From: Basidiobolus meristosporus CBS 931.73
Lineage: Eukaryota; Fungi; Basidiobolomycota
Assembly (NCBI GenBank): GCA_002104905.1
Contig: MCFE01000491.1
Coordinates: 2,923 to 66,922, forward strand
Length of the DNA stretch: 64,000 nt
Reading direction: 5' to 3'
Shown: positions 37,420 to 51,349 of the stretch, one piece after another
Layout: each line of letters begins with the position of its first letter
Position numbering within the stretch: the first letter of the stretch is position 1
Notes under the pieces: generated by a model
Database searches by the model: none
Seen by the model: only the letters and a program-made list of their open reading frames with translations
Told to the model about the DNA's origin: nothing
Made by a program: the position numbers and the translations under genes

Positions 37420-38129
37420 GACAACACCTGGTAAAAGAATAAAGAGATGAATGTCGGATTACTTGATACTTGTATGTTCAGGTTATTGGGCTATCGGATT
37501 AGAATATACCAGATCCTAATTTATTAGCTATTATCAGCACCAGCTCAATGACGTATATTTCACCATCTGCTCATGGAATTCGCAGTAAGATACAATGCCA
37601 CTAAGTCTAGATGGTATTTCTTTTTGTAATCCATAACCATCTACTTATTCGTCGCTGGAATGAGGCTATTAACCAATTGGTGTTGCTTCAAGTCAGCTGA
37701 TTAGATAGGTAGCTGATATCGCCGCCAGTGGATATCTTGTTGCATACTCTCCATGCGCCTCCACTATTTAGCTTTAAGATCTGTTCTAGGTAGAACCATG
37801 TCAAGTATTAGCATTATAGCTTCTGATGTATTTTCAGCCAATGTTGTGTTGCTGCATCAGCCATAGTGATATTTCGTTCGTCATTGGTGGGTAATAAACT
37901 ATAGTGCCTTCACACAACTTGTCAGGATTAGTTGTTAAATATTTAGTACATCACATTCCTTCCAAGAAGGGTAGAGAGCAAGTATTCACTTGGAGTGTGT
38001 TGGTGCGCAATACTCGAGTAAAATATTCAAAATGGATGTTTCTTGGAACCACTTCACATACACCCAACAACTTTGATTTTCCTATAGCCTGCCCTCAGTG
38101 TTTGGTTGTATTTTAGCTTATTTTCAGAT

Positions 38130-38500
38130 AGGTGAATATTTAGGTATAATTACGAAATTTGCAACAGAATTTTGATAGAATCAATCAGAACACTAACTTA
38201 GTAATTATAGATAATTGTCTACAAATCTTAGAAAATTCTGGCCAAATTCCTTGTCAGGATTTACTTCGAGATTTTTCATGTTCTAGGTACCTGATGTTTT
38301 GGAGAAAATATTCAAAGCACTCCAAATAGCTACAAACTTTGCACACATGCTCTTGGGACCTTCCTAGACATCTTCTTCATGTTTGTTTTGCCAAGACTAT
38401 GTGAAAGTATAAATACTACATTTTCATTCAATAAGTCATCAAGTGAAAGCCACATAATCTACATGTTCTCCAAATCACTTTCAACATTTCCAAAACTCTT
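38130..38500. repeat. Degenerate dispersed AT-rich repeat, copy 2
   Basis: Colinear match to ~19905-20150. In addition, 38132-38164 is the reverse complement of 19860-19893. Confidence 0.7.
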
Positions 38501-41500
38501 ACAAGCTCTTAATACATTCAACACATACCATATTCAACTTGGGTAAAATGCCTAACCATTAGAATAAAACTTATTGAAGTGGCATTATAGTCATAGTTGG
38601 TTATGAGAATTTAGGCATACATTTGACTCTATAGGTATAATGAAACTGAATGGAGAGATAACCAAAGTCACTTGAGAGCCATTTAATACAAAGTGTAGCT
38701 GTATAAGATTCTCTATAAAGCAATACAAAATTAATGGTGGGTTTCAAAGCATCTTCTCAAAAAATGAATACTTTGAGTGAAGAATTAAAAATACAGGATG
38801 AGGAAATTTAGCATCAATAGTGATAGTGAAATTGTGAATTTATGTTTCGTCAAGAGCATCCCAAGATTTATGAAAAAGCACCTTGAAGAAAGCTACAGAA
38901 GGCTGTTTAGCAAAGTTTGGGGAGAGCTTAAAGTTTTGACAACTTTCAGGGCTTCCGCTGCTCCAAAAACTCAAAAAACACCTGACACATCAAGCCCCAG
39001 GTCAATATTCAGCACTCGGAAGATTAAAAAGGTAGTAAAATTATTGTGTCTGAGGATCAGCTTCCCCATAGTCAATTCTGCCCACCAGCTCTAAATTTTG
39101 TAAATTTTCAGTCCAAGTACATGGGTTGAATGTAAATTTTATTGATACACGTGTTTTCGAAATTGAATATTTGGATATTTCAACACGGTCTAATGATGAT
39201 ATTTCACCCACTCATGACTTTTCAGAAAGCTGGTAGCTAAGTTTCATACTTTGCCTATTAATAGTGTATTTGATGGCCTATATCGCATATAGTATTATGC
39301 TCAAGTATGGACCCCAATCCGCATTTTTGAAAAGTTGAAGGTTTAAGTTGGATTTCTGCTGATTTTCAAGTGGTATTCTGATGGTGTCCATCAAAAATTT
39401 CTAATAGGGGTAGCTAGCAAGGAGTTTGATGTTTTCGGATGAAAGTGCGTTTGTTATACCGAAGCAAGCGGAACTCGAAATGATGTGACGATGATTGGTG
39501 GCATATTTTATCTGTTGGTTGATTGAGTAAAAGTTAGTTATGTACGCCCCCTGTTGAGCTAGTAAAATTGAACATCAAAGCGTGAGGTACAAACGTACGT
39601 GTTTTATCCCTGATTCCTAAGATTTGAAATCAATGACCCAACTTGATAACCTTTTGATATCTTTCAATTATTAGACTAGTTGGTTCTTGACAATGAGCTC
39701 TAGATGCAATAACAAAGCCATCAAGAAGTAACCCAATGGCTCTGGTGTAATATATCAAGGAGTTCTATAATAAAGAAACGCTACTTGCACCTCTTGGTTG
39801 ACGTGGATTTATGATGTCTCAGCAAGTAATGGGGTAAGGTTTGCGACCCCAATATTTTGTATATATAACTTCTAAAGTGGAAGAGATCCAGTATTTTAAT
39901 GTATCGCACGAGCGATCAAAGTGCATGTCTAGTTGATACCAAAGCCACGCGGCTTGTCACCGATATACATGCTTGGTGTGAAGTATACAACATTGATCAT
40001 GGTATGATTGTTTCTTGTTTTTTGGTATTACAAATACCAAACGAGGTTACAGGAATATTGAACATTGCATAACTAGAAAATGTGACATACCATTCAGTTA
40101 TTGCTGGCCAAGAATAGAATTATCGATACTCTCCTGAGTGGAGAGAGAGCGTTATTTTGAATGCTCTATTAACATAAAGATCGTAAGACTTCATACCCAT
40201 GCTAAGCTGAACTTATTACAATGGGGTCGTACGCAAAAGATGGGGATATGGCAGTTGTAAAATAGGATATACACCGAAAGAGCGGAATGATGAAAATTCG
40301 CGTGTGACGTGAAATTTCAGCGGGAGTCCATGAATCGAGTTTGAGTGCGCCGATTCGGGTGAATGTGCTGGATATGCCGACGGATTCGAATATACGGCGG
40401 GACTAGAGGAAGGTTTTGTACACCCCAACTACATCTCTGCCTGCTGCAGAGGATATCCGACCTTTTCGGATGAAAGTCGCAACTGAGATAGCCACATAGG
40501 AAATATGGGTGCCGGAGAGATCCGTGATCTGGGGCTCTTTTATCTGGCACCTTGCGGCATCAAATCAAGGGAGGCCTCCAAAAGTGCAACCTAATCCGGA
40601 ATGTACGCCTTGGGAAGTCAACACATCAGACTCCCCGCTACCTGTTCACTGCGAAACCATCTATGACCATACAGATCTGTGTGAGATATGGCAGCCTCTA
40701 CCTAGTAATTACCTGGTAGACATCCACATTCCTTTGATTCCCGCACACCCGAAAAAGTCAATCAGTAGCTAAAGCATAGCGGAAAAATATTTTACTGATA
40801 TTTCATGTTAAATCAATACGTCAATGGCTACTCTACTAAATTGAGCAAACCATCAAGATATATTCTAGACCACTAACTTTAATGCATTCCATTTGTAATG
40901 AGTAGCAGGTCATATGTTATTCATGCTTGTTGCTGATCAGCTACCGGTGATACGTTGTTTTCAAGTATTAGGTTTCTTATCACTTTTTCTATGGATTTGT
41001 TTTTATCCGAACCAATTGACGAGGTCTGTGTCTATGCAATTTCCATTCAAGTTTACGCCACTGAATACACATCTTGGACAACGCTTCAGTTGATCACAAA
41101 TGTGGCTTTTGATGGTGAGTAAGGAAAATATACGGAGGAAATCAACCCACTAATATCTATTCACAAGGCGCTAAGAATCTTACTGATTTACCCCCAACGT
41201 CGCACTACAGATGATGAAATATCATGTATCAACATCAGTCGATGTACGACTGATAGGCGATACGAAGCTATGCCTCTCAAATAGATTGGGGTATTTCAAT
41301 TCTTGGGTCCATTCGGTGCCCTTGGTTCTTGTGACTCACGTTGGCTTAATCTTCGAATGAACAGAAAATGATAACATGTTGACATATCCGTATCGTTGAT
41401 TCATCTTGAATGGTTCAACGAACGTGAAATCAAATTAGCAGGACGTATTAGGTTGAATATTTACCCGATCGCCTCGTGACATTTGGGAAAATAGAAAGTC

Positions 41501-42032
41501 AATTCCTCCATTTGGTGGATTCAATTCCTCATTGTTCAACCTTGCTTGATCCAACTCGGCCAGGGATCTGCAGATCATTGGTCTTTGCAACCAGATTGAA
41601 ACGCTCCGGCTACCAGAAGCTCCATTCGAGGTCAACAGCCTACGAACCACAGCTGTGGATGGTTACCATACAGGGATAGTGTTGGATCGTTCGTATTTGT
41701 GTCGATAAAGCGATTAGTGCACACGGGGTCCCGCTGAGACACAATGAGATCATATCTTTGGATATAACGCAAAGCCTACAAACCGGATCTTAGTACAAGC
41801 CATTTGGTGGTATATAGTTACAAATAATAAGAGAACCAAATAATGCTAGAGTTGTATTATGCGATGTTTACTGCGGAAATTATGGTACATTATAGCAAAC
41901 ACCAATCAAGCCAATATTATATATATAGCTTTGGCTTGGTTGAATGTGAATACAATGAGATATATATACGATAGCGAGTGTATGGTGCGTATGTGACTGT
42001 TAAACTAAATAGCTCTAAGACGAAAGGGATAT

Positions 42033-43070
42033 TCAAATAGCTGCACTTTGTAAAGAATTCACTGTATACGGAGGTGGGTTGTTCGTGTCATTTGTTGAGA
42101 TTGGCGAGCACAATGTGCACTTGGATAGCGATTGTGGCTCATAGAGCGGGAGTGCCTCGAAGAATTGATCAGTAACTTCCGAAGTCACATTGAGGGGGAA
42201 TCTCAACCGGATCGATTTTAGGCAATTGCCGTGTGTGAAGTTGATGCTTACTTCTAGTTTGTGCTTGATAGTGACAAATTCATTGGAACAATCGTGGTGG
42301 ATTTTAGGCGAGTTTGGCATCTTTAAAAGAACCACTTTCTCGTTAGGAGTGTTAATCTCGCAAGTTTGTGGCTTCAACTCGATTGCTTGATCATCAAGAT
42401 GATGTGATCCAAATTTAATCACTGGCGAGTCCACCAGCTCATACAATTTGTAGGAGACCTTCTGAATGTGAATGTCGGTTACGAGTGGACGAAAGTTCAA
42501 CACCAATGGCAATTCTTCACCCATACCAACAACCTTGCGAGCTGCATACAGATCATACTCTAATATGTCGCGCCATGCGTCTGATACATTAACTGGAGGA
42601 ATTGGCTCATTCATATTGGACAAAGGGAGTCTTTTGACAATGATCTCCTTGTCGGTTGTGCGATTGGTATGGAGCGAAGTGGTCTCCGCAGTGGCGATTA
42701 ATTTGTATTTGATGTTGATGTTGTGGCAATGAAGGGTTTCAGGCCAGAAGCCGCGAATCGGGAAGGAGAAGTTGTAATGGTGGCATTTTGGCGGTAGAGT
42801 GTAGGCATCCTTTGTTTCGAAGAACACCATTTCGTCGTGTGCAAAGCGATGCTTGTCATGCAATTTAAGACTACCGCTTTTCAACGCCGCGGAGCCAGTA
42901 ACAACCCCATAAACCTCGAGTCGAATTGAGAGGGACTTGAGTTTAGTGGCAACTTTGGGGTGAAGTTTGACTATCCCTGAGAGAGTAGAACCAACGCTCT
43001 CCTCTGGATTGCCTCTTAAAATGATACATTCCTGGCTCGTTTGAATGCTAAGGGAAAGGTCATTCAGCAT
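42033..43070 (-). CDS. Alpha-arrestin (ART/Rod1-like), intronless
   Basis: IILRGNPEES.GSTLSG, YNFSFPIRGFWPETL, IKYKLIA, IKHKLEVSINF and C-terminal LPLY and PPPY motifs. Confidence 0.85.
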   Translation of the reverse strand: MLNDLSLSIQTSQECIILRGNPEESVGSTLSGIVKLHPKVATKLKSLSIRLEVYGVVTGSAALKSGSLKLHDKHRFAHDEMVFFETKDAYTLPPKCHHYNFSFPIRGFWPETLHCHNINIKYKLIATAETTSLHTNRTTDKEIIVKRLPLSNMNEPIPPVNVSDAWRDILEYDLYAARKVVGMGEELPLVLNFRPLVTDIHIQKVSYKLYELVDSPVIKFGSHHLDDQAIELKPQTCEINTPNEKVVLLKMPNSPKIHHDCSNEFVTIKHKLEVSINFTHGNCLKSIRLRFPLNVTSEVTDQFFEALPLYEPQSLSKCTLCSPISTNDTNNPPPYTVNSLQSAAI

Positions 43071-44906
43071 GATTAAAGATGTGGAGGAATAATCGATGGA
43101 ATTGTATAGATGAATAGACGAACAGAAGTGTCGATCTATTAAGGATAATTGCCCAATTTATAGCTGCCATATGAGCCATGTTTCCTTAACTGAATCCCAT
43201 TACTTTACTAATGGCAAGACGGGAACCCACGGAACTATCTCCATGTCACCCGAAGTCATCTGTGATTGATCAGTATCTGTCAACTATAAATAAGCGTAAT
43301 GTCTTATGATGGGGAAGCGGCCTACCAAATATGTCTTACTGATACAAATCGGATGAATATTTAATACCGATTTGTGGTGTGCTTGAGCATCTGCATGATC
43401 TATTTAGCCTAAACTAATAACTCTGATTTGGGCTCACAGCATTTCATGAATTTTCATCAGTTTTATTTGGTAAAATCAACTGAATTCGCACCAGTACTCA
43501 CGTTCGCTCATTACTGCTGTTTCAGGAAAAGGAGGCAATATCCAATCAATCGCAAGTGCTATCTGGTCCAATAGGGTGTTCTACTCCCCAGAGAGGCAGT
43601 CGAAACTAAAATTCATTGACCGTTTGTTTACCTCATTCTAGCCTCACTTGGTGGGCTATTTACTGAGCTCAGGGAACAGCGCTGCAAGCTGCTGATTCCG
43701 GATAGATAACTTTGTGATTGACAACATGCAATTCAATAGCTCTAGATTCAAACTTAATAAAAAGCGATAATAGACCATAGACAACGATCATATGTGTTAT
43801 TCTCGGGTATTTCCATCCGGGAATGGTTTGACATGCAGGCGATATCAAAAACCGGACATGTAACAGCCGACACTTCATCTCCCATTGTATTAACCCGGAC
43901 CGTAGTTGAGTTCTACCCAACAGGGTCAAAGAGAAGAGATTGTCTGTCAAACCTGTATCATATAGGTTTAGCTCTCCTAAACCAAAGGAGTGCTTTCAAG
44001 TTCTTTGTCGCGAATCTAATTGGTTTTCATTCATAGCGGCTATTAGCCACACATTTCAAGAAATAACCGGATAATATATTTCATTGACCCGCTTTCAGGC
44101 TTTTGATAGGAACGTTGCTTTGAAACTTTTACTACATCTATGTCAGCGGGCTACAAATGTCAGTCAGAATGAATCTCTTTGCCACACCTCCTTTAACCAA
44201 GCCAGAAATAAATACCTCATGGCTGTCATCGGAAGTGAGGGGAGCCGCATACTCACCAAAAAGGAAAATAAAAAACGTGGGATTTCTTATGACTTCGGTG
44301 TTATCGTTTGGTAATATAATTCGGATTAGTAATTAGTGAACGCACGAGGCTCATTTAGGCAATGCACCATGCTTTCCGATATGCTATTGGTCAGAAATCT
44401 TGTAATATAATTAACCATTCAGCGGATTTCCGCAGGAATGTTGTCCCGAAATATACGGGCATCCTATAGGCTTTAGCCTTTTTTGTAATGGTCCTGCGGA
44501 TAGGGGCCCTAGAGGATATTCATTTTCAGATCGAGTTGATCTGTCCCACAGGCCCAAATGACATCATGTTCTTACAAAACTCTGAATATCATACACACTT
44601 GCATATGGCGCTTTTTGCACATCAATGTCGCACAAATATGACTCCCCTAAGTTTGTAGTGCCTGCTGCTTTGACCAGATCCTCTGTGAGTCTGTGACAGA
44701 TTCATGTAACTAATCTTCGGTCTAGTACACTGAAGTTCAATTTGTCGCTGCAGGTAAAAAATGGTGCCCAGATCCACAGGCTTTCAATTCACTCTTCCAC
44801 CAATGTGGGTTTTGTGTAATGCGCTCACAAGCAGAAGTTTATTAATTCCAGAGCTTAAATCACTACCCTGGTATATCGAATGTTTCGAAAAATGCGCTTC
44901 GAGGCT

Positions 44907-46949
44907 TTAATTGTACAACGCATCAATTTGCGCCTTATAACGCTCGGCAATATCACGGCGTTTGAGTTTTTGTGCGGCAGTCAGCAGATTGTTCTCAGGT
45001 GTCCACTCTTCATCCACAATATAGATATTGTGAAGCAACTCGGCAGAAACAAAATTGTATCTTTTGCCGATGGCATGGAGATCGCTAAGCACTGCCTTCC
45101 GCACCTTTGAATCTTGAGTTAGATCGTAGTGAGACATGCTCTCATAATTTTCTACACCCTGCTGCTTGGCAAGGTTTCGTAGCTTTTCTTCACCACAAAC
45201 CAAGATGGCAACTGGTCGAGATTTGAATGAGTCTGCATAAACGCAAATATTATCAGCATAGGCACATGTTTTATAAAGGGTTTCGAGTTTCTCGATAGCG
45301 ATATATTCCCCATGCGATAGCTTGACAAGGTTCTTCTTTCGGTCAATGATACCAAGTGTGCCGTCCGGTAACCAGACACCAATATCACCAGTCATCAGCC
45401 AACCGTCTTCAGTCAATATCTCCTTGGTGAGTTGATCATTCTTGAAATAGCCTTTCATAACGGCTGGTCCTCGTACCCATACCTCACCCTGTGGTGGGTC
45501 GTTGCTGGTGAGATAATTTGCTTCTGGTACATCAACTAATTTGATTTCGGCGCATGGAACTGGAGGTCCATTGGATTTGGGTACTTTGACATCTGGATGC
45601 ATGATGGCAGCCATGGCAGTGGCTTCGGTCATACCGTATGCTTGGAGAACTGGGCATATGCAAGTGGTCAAGAATGCTTGGGTTTCAGGTGCAATTGGGG
45701 CGCCTCCGGACAAAGCGAAGCGTAAGCGACCGCCAGTGGCGTTTTTGATCTTATTGAACACGATGGTATCCCAAATCCCGGTGGGAAGGCCGAGATTCTT
45801 CAAAAATGGCTTATTACGGAGAGCCAAGCCGAATACTGTGCGACCCAATTTGCCGGAATTCTGCACTTGAGACAGGATTCCCTTACGGATGGTTTCCCAG
45901 ACAGCAGGAACACCACACATGATAGTGGGCTGAAGCTCACGTAAATCACCTTTGCAATTACGAACAGAGGAGTCCGTTAAGGTGCGTGGGCTACTGTATC
46001 CTATGGGCATTCCCAGATAAACAACATAACTTTCTACGACAAACTCAAAGATATGAGCTAGTGGCAAATAAGCAATGATTATGTCATTTTGTGGATCGAG
46101 AATTGGTCTGATCCATAGATCAACCGCTGCAATGGCCGCTACAACATTGGCATGCGTAAGCATCACTCCCTTCGGGTTACCAGTAGACCCTGAGGTGTAC
46201 ATGACACAGGCGAGTTCCTCTGGCTTAGGAAGATTGGGCTCAATGGGGTTTTCTTCGCCAAGTATACGAATTTCTTCGTATGTATGAATGCTAATTTCCG
46301 GGAAATCGGTGCGCAGTGATTCGATTAGAGCGGGGTTAGCTTCGTCTGAGTATATGATGTACTTCAAGGTAGGCACTTGATTTAAAATGCTTTGAACGAC
46401 AGGCAGGAGCTCAGCATTGGCGAATATAGCTGTTATTTCGCCTTCGTTAAGAGCGTGTTTCAATCCTTCAGCACCTAAGGTCTCATATGCGGTGACGATT
46501 GTCATGGACTGTGAAAAGCAAGCTTGTGACATGATAAACCAGTGTGGACTTGTCTTGTTAAATATTGTGAGTTTGTCACCTGCGGTCAAACCAAGCTTGA
46601 TCAGACCACAGCCTAATTGCTTGGAAATCCGACTAACGTCTTCGTATGTGAACCAGTTATATGGGCCAAGTTGAGAGTATTTCCATTTTTTCATCTCCTT
46701 CTTAACGGTTCCGCCTACGTTTTTGGTGATTTCCTTCTCTTCTTCTATGATTTTTTCGACTTTACGATATCCAAGAGCCTTACAGTTGCCACGCGTACGT
46801 ACCAACTCGGGAAGCAGATCTGCCAGTGTTTTAAAGTCGTCGCGAGGCCTAGTCACTAGTCTGTCGGGAGACAGATAGTTTCGGCGAGGTATAGTTTCGT
46901 GTTCTGGCTTTTCTGTCCCAACTTCGACGGTAAACATTTTATTACTCAT
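44907..46949 (-). CDS. FAA1: Long-chain fatty acyl-CoA synthetase (Faa1-like), intronless
   Basis: ACVMYTSGSTGNPKGV, AYLPLAHIFE, LSGGAP, QAYGMTE, GWLMTGDIG and IDRKKNLVKLSHGEYIA. Confidence 0.95.
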   Translation of the reverse strand: MSNKMFTVEVGTEKPEHETIPRRNYLSPDRLVTRPRDDFKTLADLLPELVRTRGNCKALGYRKVEKIIEEEKEITKNVGGTVKKEMKKWKYSQLGPYNWFTYEDVSRISKQLGCGLIKLGLTAGDKLTIFNKTSPHWFIMSQACFSQSMTIVTAYETLGAEGLKHALNEGEITAIFANAELLPVVQSILNQVPTLKYIIYSDEANPALIESLRTDFPEISIHTYEEIRILGEENPIEPNLPKPEELACVMYTSGSTGNPKGVMLTHANVVAAIAAVDLWIRPILDPQNDIIIAYLPLAHIFEFVVESYVVYLGMPIGYSSPRTLTDSSVRNCKGDLRELQPTIMCGVPAVWETIRKGILSQVQNSGKLGRTVFGLALRNKPFLKNLGLPTGIWDTIVFNKIKNATGGRLRFALSGGAPIAPETQAFLTTCICPVLQAYGMTEATAMAAIMHPDVKVPKSNGPPVPCAEIKLVDVPEANYLTSNDPPQGEVWVRGPAVMKGYFKNDQLTKEILTEDGWLMTGDIGVWLPDGTLGIIDRKKNLVKLSHGEYIAIEKLETLYKTCAYADNICVYADSFKSRPVAILVCGEEKLRNLAKQQGVENYESMSHYDLTQDSKVRKAVLSDLHAIGKRYNFVSAELLHNIYIVDEEWTPENNLLTAAQKLKRRDIAERYKAQIDALYN

Positions 46950-47976
46950 CTAAGCTCGCCCAAATTACAATAGAGAAGATTAAGATACAAGCGACACAAA
47001 CACCTAAGTCAAGCAATTGAGGTGTTTGGTGTATGTAATGACAAATGTGAAAAGGAAATCCGAGCTAATATATATAGTTCGCGAGCAAATCCGCATTTAA
47101 GATAGATTTTTATAGTGTTGATGTTGTGTGTAGCGTTTCTCCAGAGAGCATTAATACCATTGATGAAACTCAAAATCAAGCCGAGAATATTCTTTGTAGA
47201 AAGTAAACAACGCGAACTGCAAGAATGCCATTGATTTTATCACATCCAACATGTGCCAAAGCAGCCATTCAGGATTTTCCACTTGGCTATTTATAATCGA
47301 GAACCTTGACAATCGCCATAGTTTGCTATCTATTTTACGGATCGGCAGGAGCGAATACTCTAGAACTTGATGCATTGGCCTTACAGGTCGTGTTTGTTTA
47401 GATTTGTGTTGATGCAGAGTAAAGATTAGCCGACCCTATCAGAAATCATCCCCGAAGCTTAATGAGGTGATACTCAGGTGCAGTCCCGGGAGAATGGGCT
47501 ATTGTTGCCAACCAAAATCCAATGTGGATGAAAACAAATGATCTGACATTTGATAAGTGTTTTCTAGATGACTTCTGCACCCAGTTTGCTCTATACATGC
47601 TGATATCACAATAAAGCCAATCAACCCAGTGGGCAGCTGGCCAGAATTACGAGAGAAATGGAAGGGTCACTTACCCAGGTTAACTTTAATCGACATTATG
47701 CAAAATGTAAGTGGGAAGTTACACATCAATTTTTGTGTCGTAATATGGATGTGATTAACACTGTAAAAAGATGGGGTGACTTCGTTTCTATAGTTGAATT
47801 TGCTGCCCTAACTTTCTTCTGCTCACAGAACTTTTCCCCAACTCCGTTGTGAAGTCCCGGGTTGATGTCTAGATTACTATACGAGACACTTCGCATATCG
47901 AAACCGAGAAATTTGCGTTGCTTTACCAATAATATAAAGGTCACCTGTAAAAGGGGCTATTCATGCGTCAAATCAA

Positions 47977-50008
47977 ATGGTACTGAATTTGCTATCAAGT
48001 TGGCCACCTTGGTGTAGTTTCTTATATAAATTCTTCGTAGAGCTCAAGTACCCGAACGGAAAGGTTTTACTTACCAAAAACAAAAGCTCTTTTTCCGAGA
48101 GTCATGTCACTTTCGAAGAGCTTGTAGATAAAGTAAATATTGCTTGTACATTTTGCCCATTTATATTGGGAATGACCATTTTGGGTAGAATAATCTTAGA
48201 AAGCTTGTTCTTGCTGCTTACCAACTGGAAGTAGACTGGCTTATGTCAAAGTTACCACGAAACATTCCAATATGCTTGATCAGAAATTGGCAACGACAAT
48301 TAGGTGATAAGGTATTTATATTGAAGCTGATCTTTTATATCATCAAGCAGTGCTTACCTCCCCTATCAACTTGAAGCCAGGAACTTCTTCACTGCATTCA
48401 AATTTCACGGTTGTTCAGCCACCTTTGCCTGAAGATCGATATGGTAGCATGCATGCGAAGCTTCTAATATTGTATTACGACAGTTTTCTACGCGTAATTA
48501 TTACTTCAGCAAATCTGGTATGGGGCAATAGAGGCAATTTTACCTTCGAATATACCCTTACTGACTCTAACTCGTAGACCTCACTCGATTGGGAAAGCTT
48601 TGAAAACGTAAGCATTTACGGGAAAGGTCCGGTTTGCATAAAGCACAGGTTTAATGTTGTGAATAGGCACTCTTTGTTCAAGACTTTCATCGTACAAAAG
48701 AAAAAATTTCCGATGCACCCGCTTTCGGCAGAGAACTCTACAGTTTCTTAGGCGCGTTGAAAGTTCCCAATTTCATTCGAAATTCACTTACCTGCTATGA
48801 TTTCTCTACCGCAACTGTGAGTGTTTCGAAACCATATCCAAGAAAGCTATTCTCATTCTCTGTTGTAGGTCAACCTTGTACCGTCCATTCCCGGTTATCA
48901 TATGTACAACCAAGAACAAACGTACGGATATCTCAGGATAGCTCGTATTCTACAGGATAACGGGCTAACGGTAGAGCCCGGCGATAATGGGATGAAGCTG
49001 GAGTACCAGGTTTGACTGAATTCACCAGGTTTTGCGAAATTGGCCATTAACGATAGTGTGCTGGGTTAGACAAGCGCCATTGGAGCTATTGACGAATACT
49101 GGCTACGTGAATTCTACCGTTCATGCAGCGGCGGTTTGGCAGCCAAAGAAGTTTACAAAATGAAGGAGCTGCCAGTAGATATTGTTTACCCCTCACAAAG
49201 AACCATATCGAATGCAGAACATGCGGTATTTGATATATTCCTGCTTCACAGATATGCTTCGCTTTGCTCACGCCAAGTTAATGTATCGAACCAGCACAAC
49301 CACCAGTTTCACTTGAAGGAGGCCTACTACTCCAGACCAAACTTCCCCAAAGCTCTTTTGAGGGATTCATTGTGTAAGCAACCTGGTCGTTTAAGTCATT
49401 CCAAGGTAAAGACACATGGTTGATTGCTACCGGTAATACTTAATGACAATTGTTCATTAGATGTTTTTGGCCAAATTGCGCAAGTCGATTCCTCTAAAGG
49501 GAGCAGAGAAGACTCATGTCATTGGGTGGGACTACATAGGGTTTGTAGCCAAAGTATGCTTACTGTATGCTTCAAAAATAACCATCTTGTATTCTGCAGA
49601 AGCCACAACCTGTCAAGTGGTGCTTGGTACAGCCATCCATCAAAGGCTCGCCATTATCCGTTTGTTTTTACTCATTTGCCATTCTTTAGGGGAAGGATTA
49701 ATAATATGGTGCCAGGGAGCCGCTTCCGAAGAATGCATTTTAGAATCAATAATTTCGATCTAGGAGTTCTTAGGATCTTGACAACTGACAAAATCATAGA
49801 CAATCCCGCTGATCTTCAATCTAGTCTGGAGTGTTTGGTCACGCCATCATATACCTCCCCACCGCCTCGGTACAATCATGATGATAGCCCATATGTAAGT
49901 CGATCCCAATGGTACGAAAGGTCTCAACACACTGACCCTATTGCATACTGTAGTTTGACCCGCCAGATCTTTGATCCTGAGTTTTCCATCAATTGCGCTC
50001 GTGACTGA
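47977..50008 (+). CDS. TDP1: Tyrosyl-DNA phosphodiesterase 1-like (two HKN motifs), multi-exon; 5' end unresolved
   Basis: YGSMHAKLLILYYDSFLRVIITSANL, DWESFEN|ALFVQDF, LSHSK, GWDYIG|SHNLSSGAW and INNFDLGVL. Confidence 0.8.
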
Positions 50009-50983
50009 CACTTGCAGTGTTCCTCATCAATGCAAGTTTACCCAATATTGTACGCTCCGCAATGGAATTTTCAATTCACCATGACTGTTAATAAATAGTT
50101 AGCATACAAGAGCTCATAAAATCTGCGGTTTGGGTTGTTGTAAACATAAGCATGAGGAATCAGATCCATGGTACTCAGAATAGCCCAACTACCGCCGTCA
50201 TGGTTTTGATTATGCCTCGGGATTCCAGGTAGATTGTTGTGGGGAGGAAGGTCAAGAGGGTGGCGTCGATGTCTCCCTAGGTATCAATACACGAGGAAGT
50301 CCTTGGGTGATAGTTAATCATTAGCTTGTTCCTAATCGATTTCGGCACACTTGCACGTTATATTTCTAGTGTCGGCAGGGGATAAATCCTTTCCGAGTTT
50401 CTGAAGATATGTTAAATATGCGCTACATCCCTAATATCTGGCACGTAATTCTCGATATGGAACCTTTGCCCATTGCAAACCAAATCCGCTATCATGTGGA
50501 CTCTGAGCGGTAACATCCCCAGAGACTAAAGCGGTTTATGCATATTTCATGCGCTATGTGCGAAACTTTAGGTATACTTAATGTCACCCTAGTTGGTTAA
50601 TCCCTGAAGATTTCATCCTCACTCGGCTATACTCAGGCCTGAGGCAACCTTATAATTTAATATTCAGGCTATCAACTGCTTCCGACAACATTCCTCCTGG
50701 AGAACAAGGAAGACCTGAGAACATCACCCTCCATGATGTGTACCCTAATCCTGGCCCATCCTATTGTTTTAGTCTCTTCACCCTAGGCCTGGATATTGCA
50801 CATCTGGTACCAACTATTTGTAGTTCATGCATTCCATTTTGCCCTGAGCATTGTCCATTTCTGATCGCCAACGTCTAGAAACTACGTCCAACTGCTATGG
50901 GGGGCATATTGTTTACATTTCAAAATTTATTCAGCGTGATACCAACAATACTAGGCAATAAGCAATATTTTGGAATTCAGGGT

Positions 50984-51349
50984 TTACAACTTCCGACAAA
51001 GTGCACCAATTCTGCCGGCGCAAGACCCTGCAGGGCGATCCAGTTTGCCGTCTGGGAAAATAGCCAGGCAAGTGTATGGGTATTCATCACGGTCCTTGAT
51101 ATCAACATAGACCGGGCCGCTGATTTTGGTTGGGAAGTGATCAGCGTCGCTCTGATCAATGGATGCCAATACTCCTCCACAAGCTTTACAAGCCTCCATA
51201 GCTTTCGGGTAACTTCTCCTTTGAACTATTTCAAAAAACTCCCCCGCAGGACTCTGGATGGTGGTGGATGGACAAGGGAAATCCTCCTTCGCAGAGATGG
51301 AGGAGATAGCGAGGGCAGCGAACAATAACGCGATTGAAGGTGTTTTCAT
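50984..51349 (-). CDS. Small secreted Cys-rich protein, C-type-lectin-like fold (tentative)
   Basis: Signal peptide MKTPSIALLFAALAISSISA. RSYPKAMEACKACGGVLASI resembles the CTL 'A...C...GG.LASI' motif. Six Cys in the mature part. Confidence 0.7.
   Translation of the reverse strand: MKTPSIALLFAALAISSISAKEDFPCPSTTIQSPAGEFFEIVQRRSYPKAMEACKACGGVLASIDQSDADHFPTKISGPVYVDIKDRDEYPYTCLAIFPDGKLDRPAGSCAGRIGALCRKL

Noticed and set aside
50735-50758. 2A-like peptide DVYPNPGP in a ~98-codon open frame (50582-50878)
   Set aside because: It lacks the Glu of D(V/I)ExNPGP, has no start codon and has no associated viral or TE ORF.
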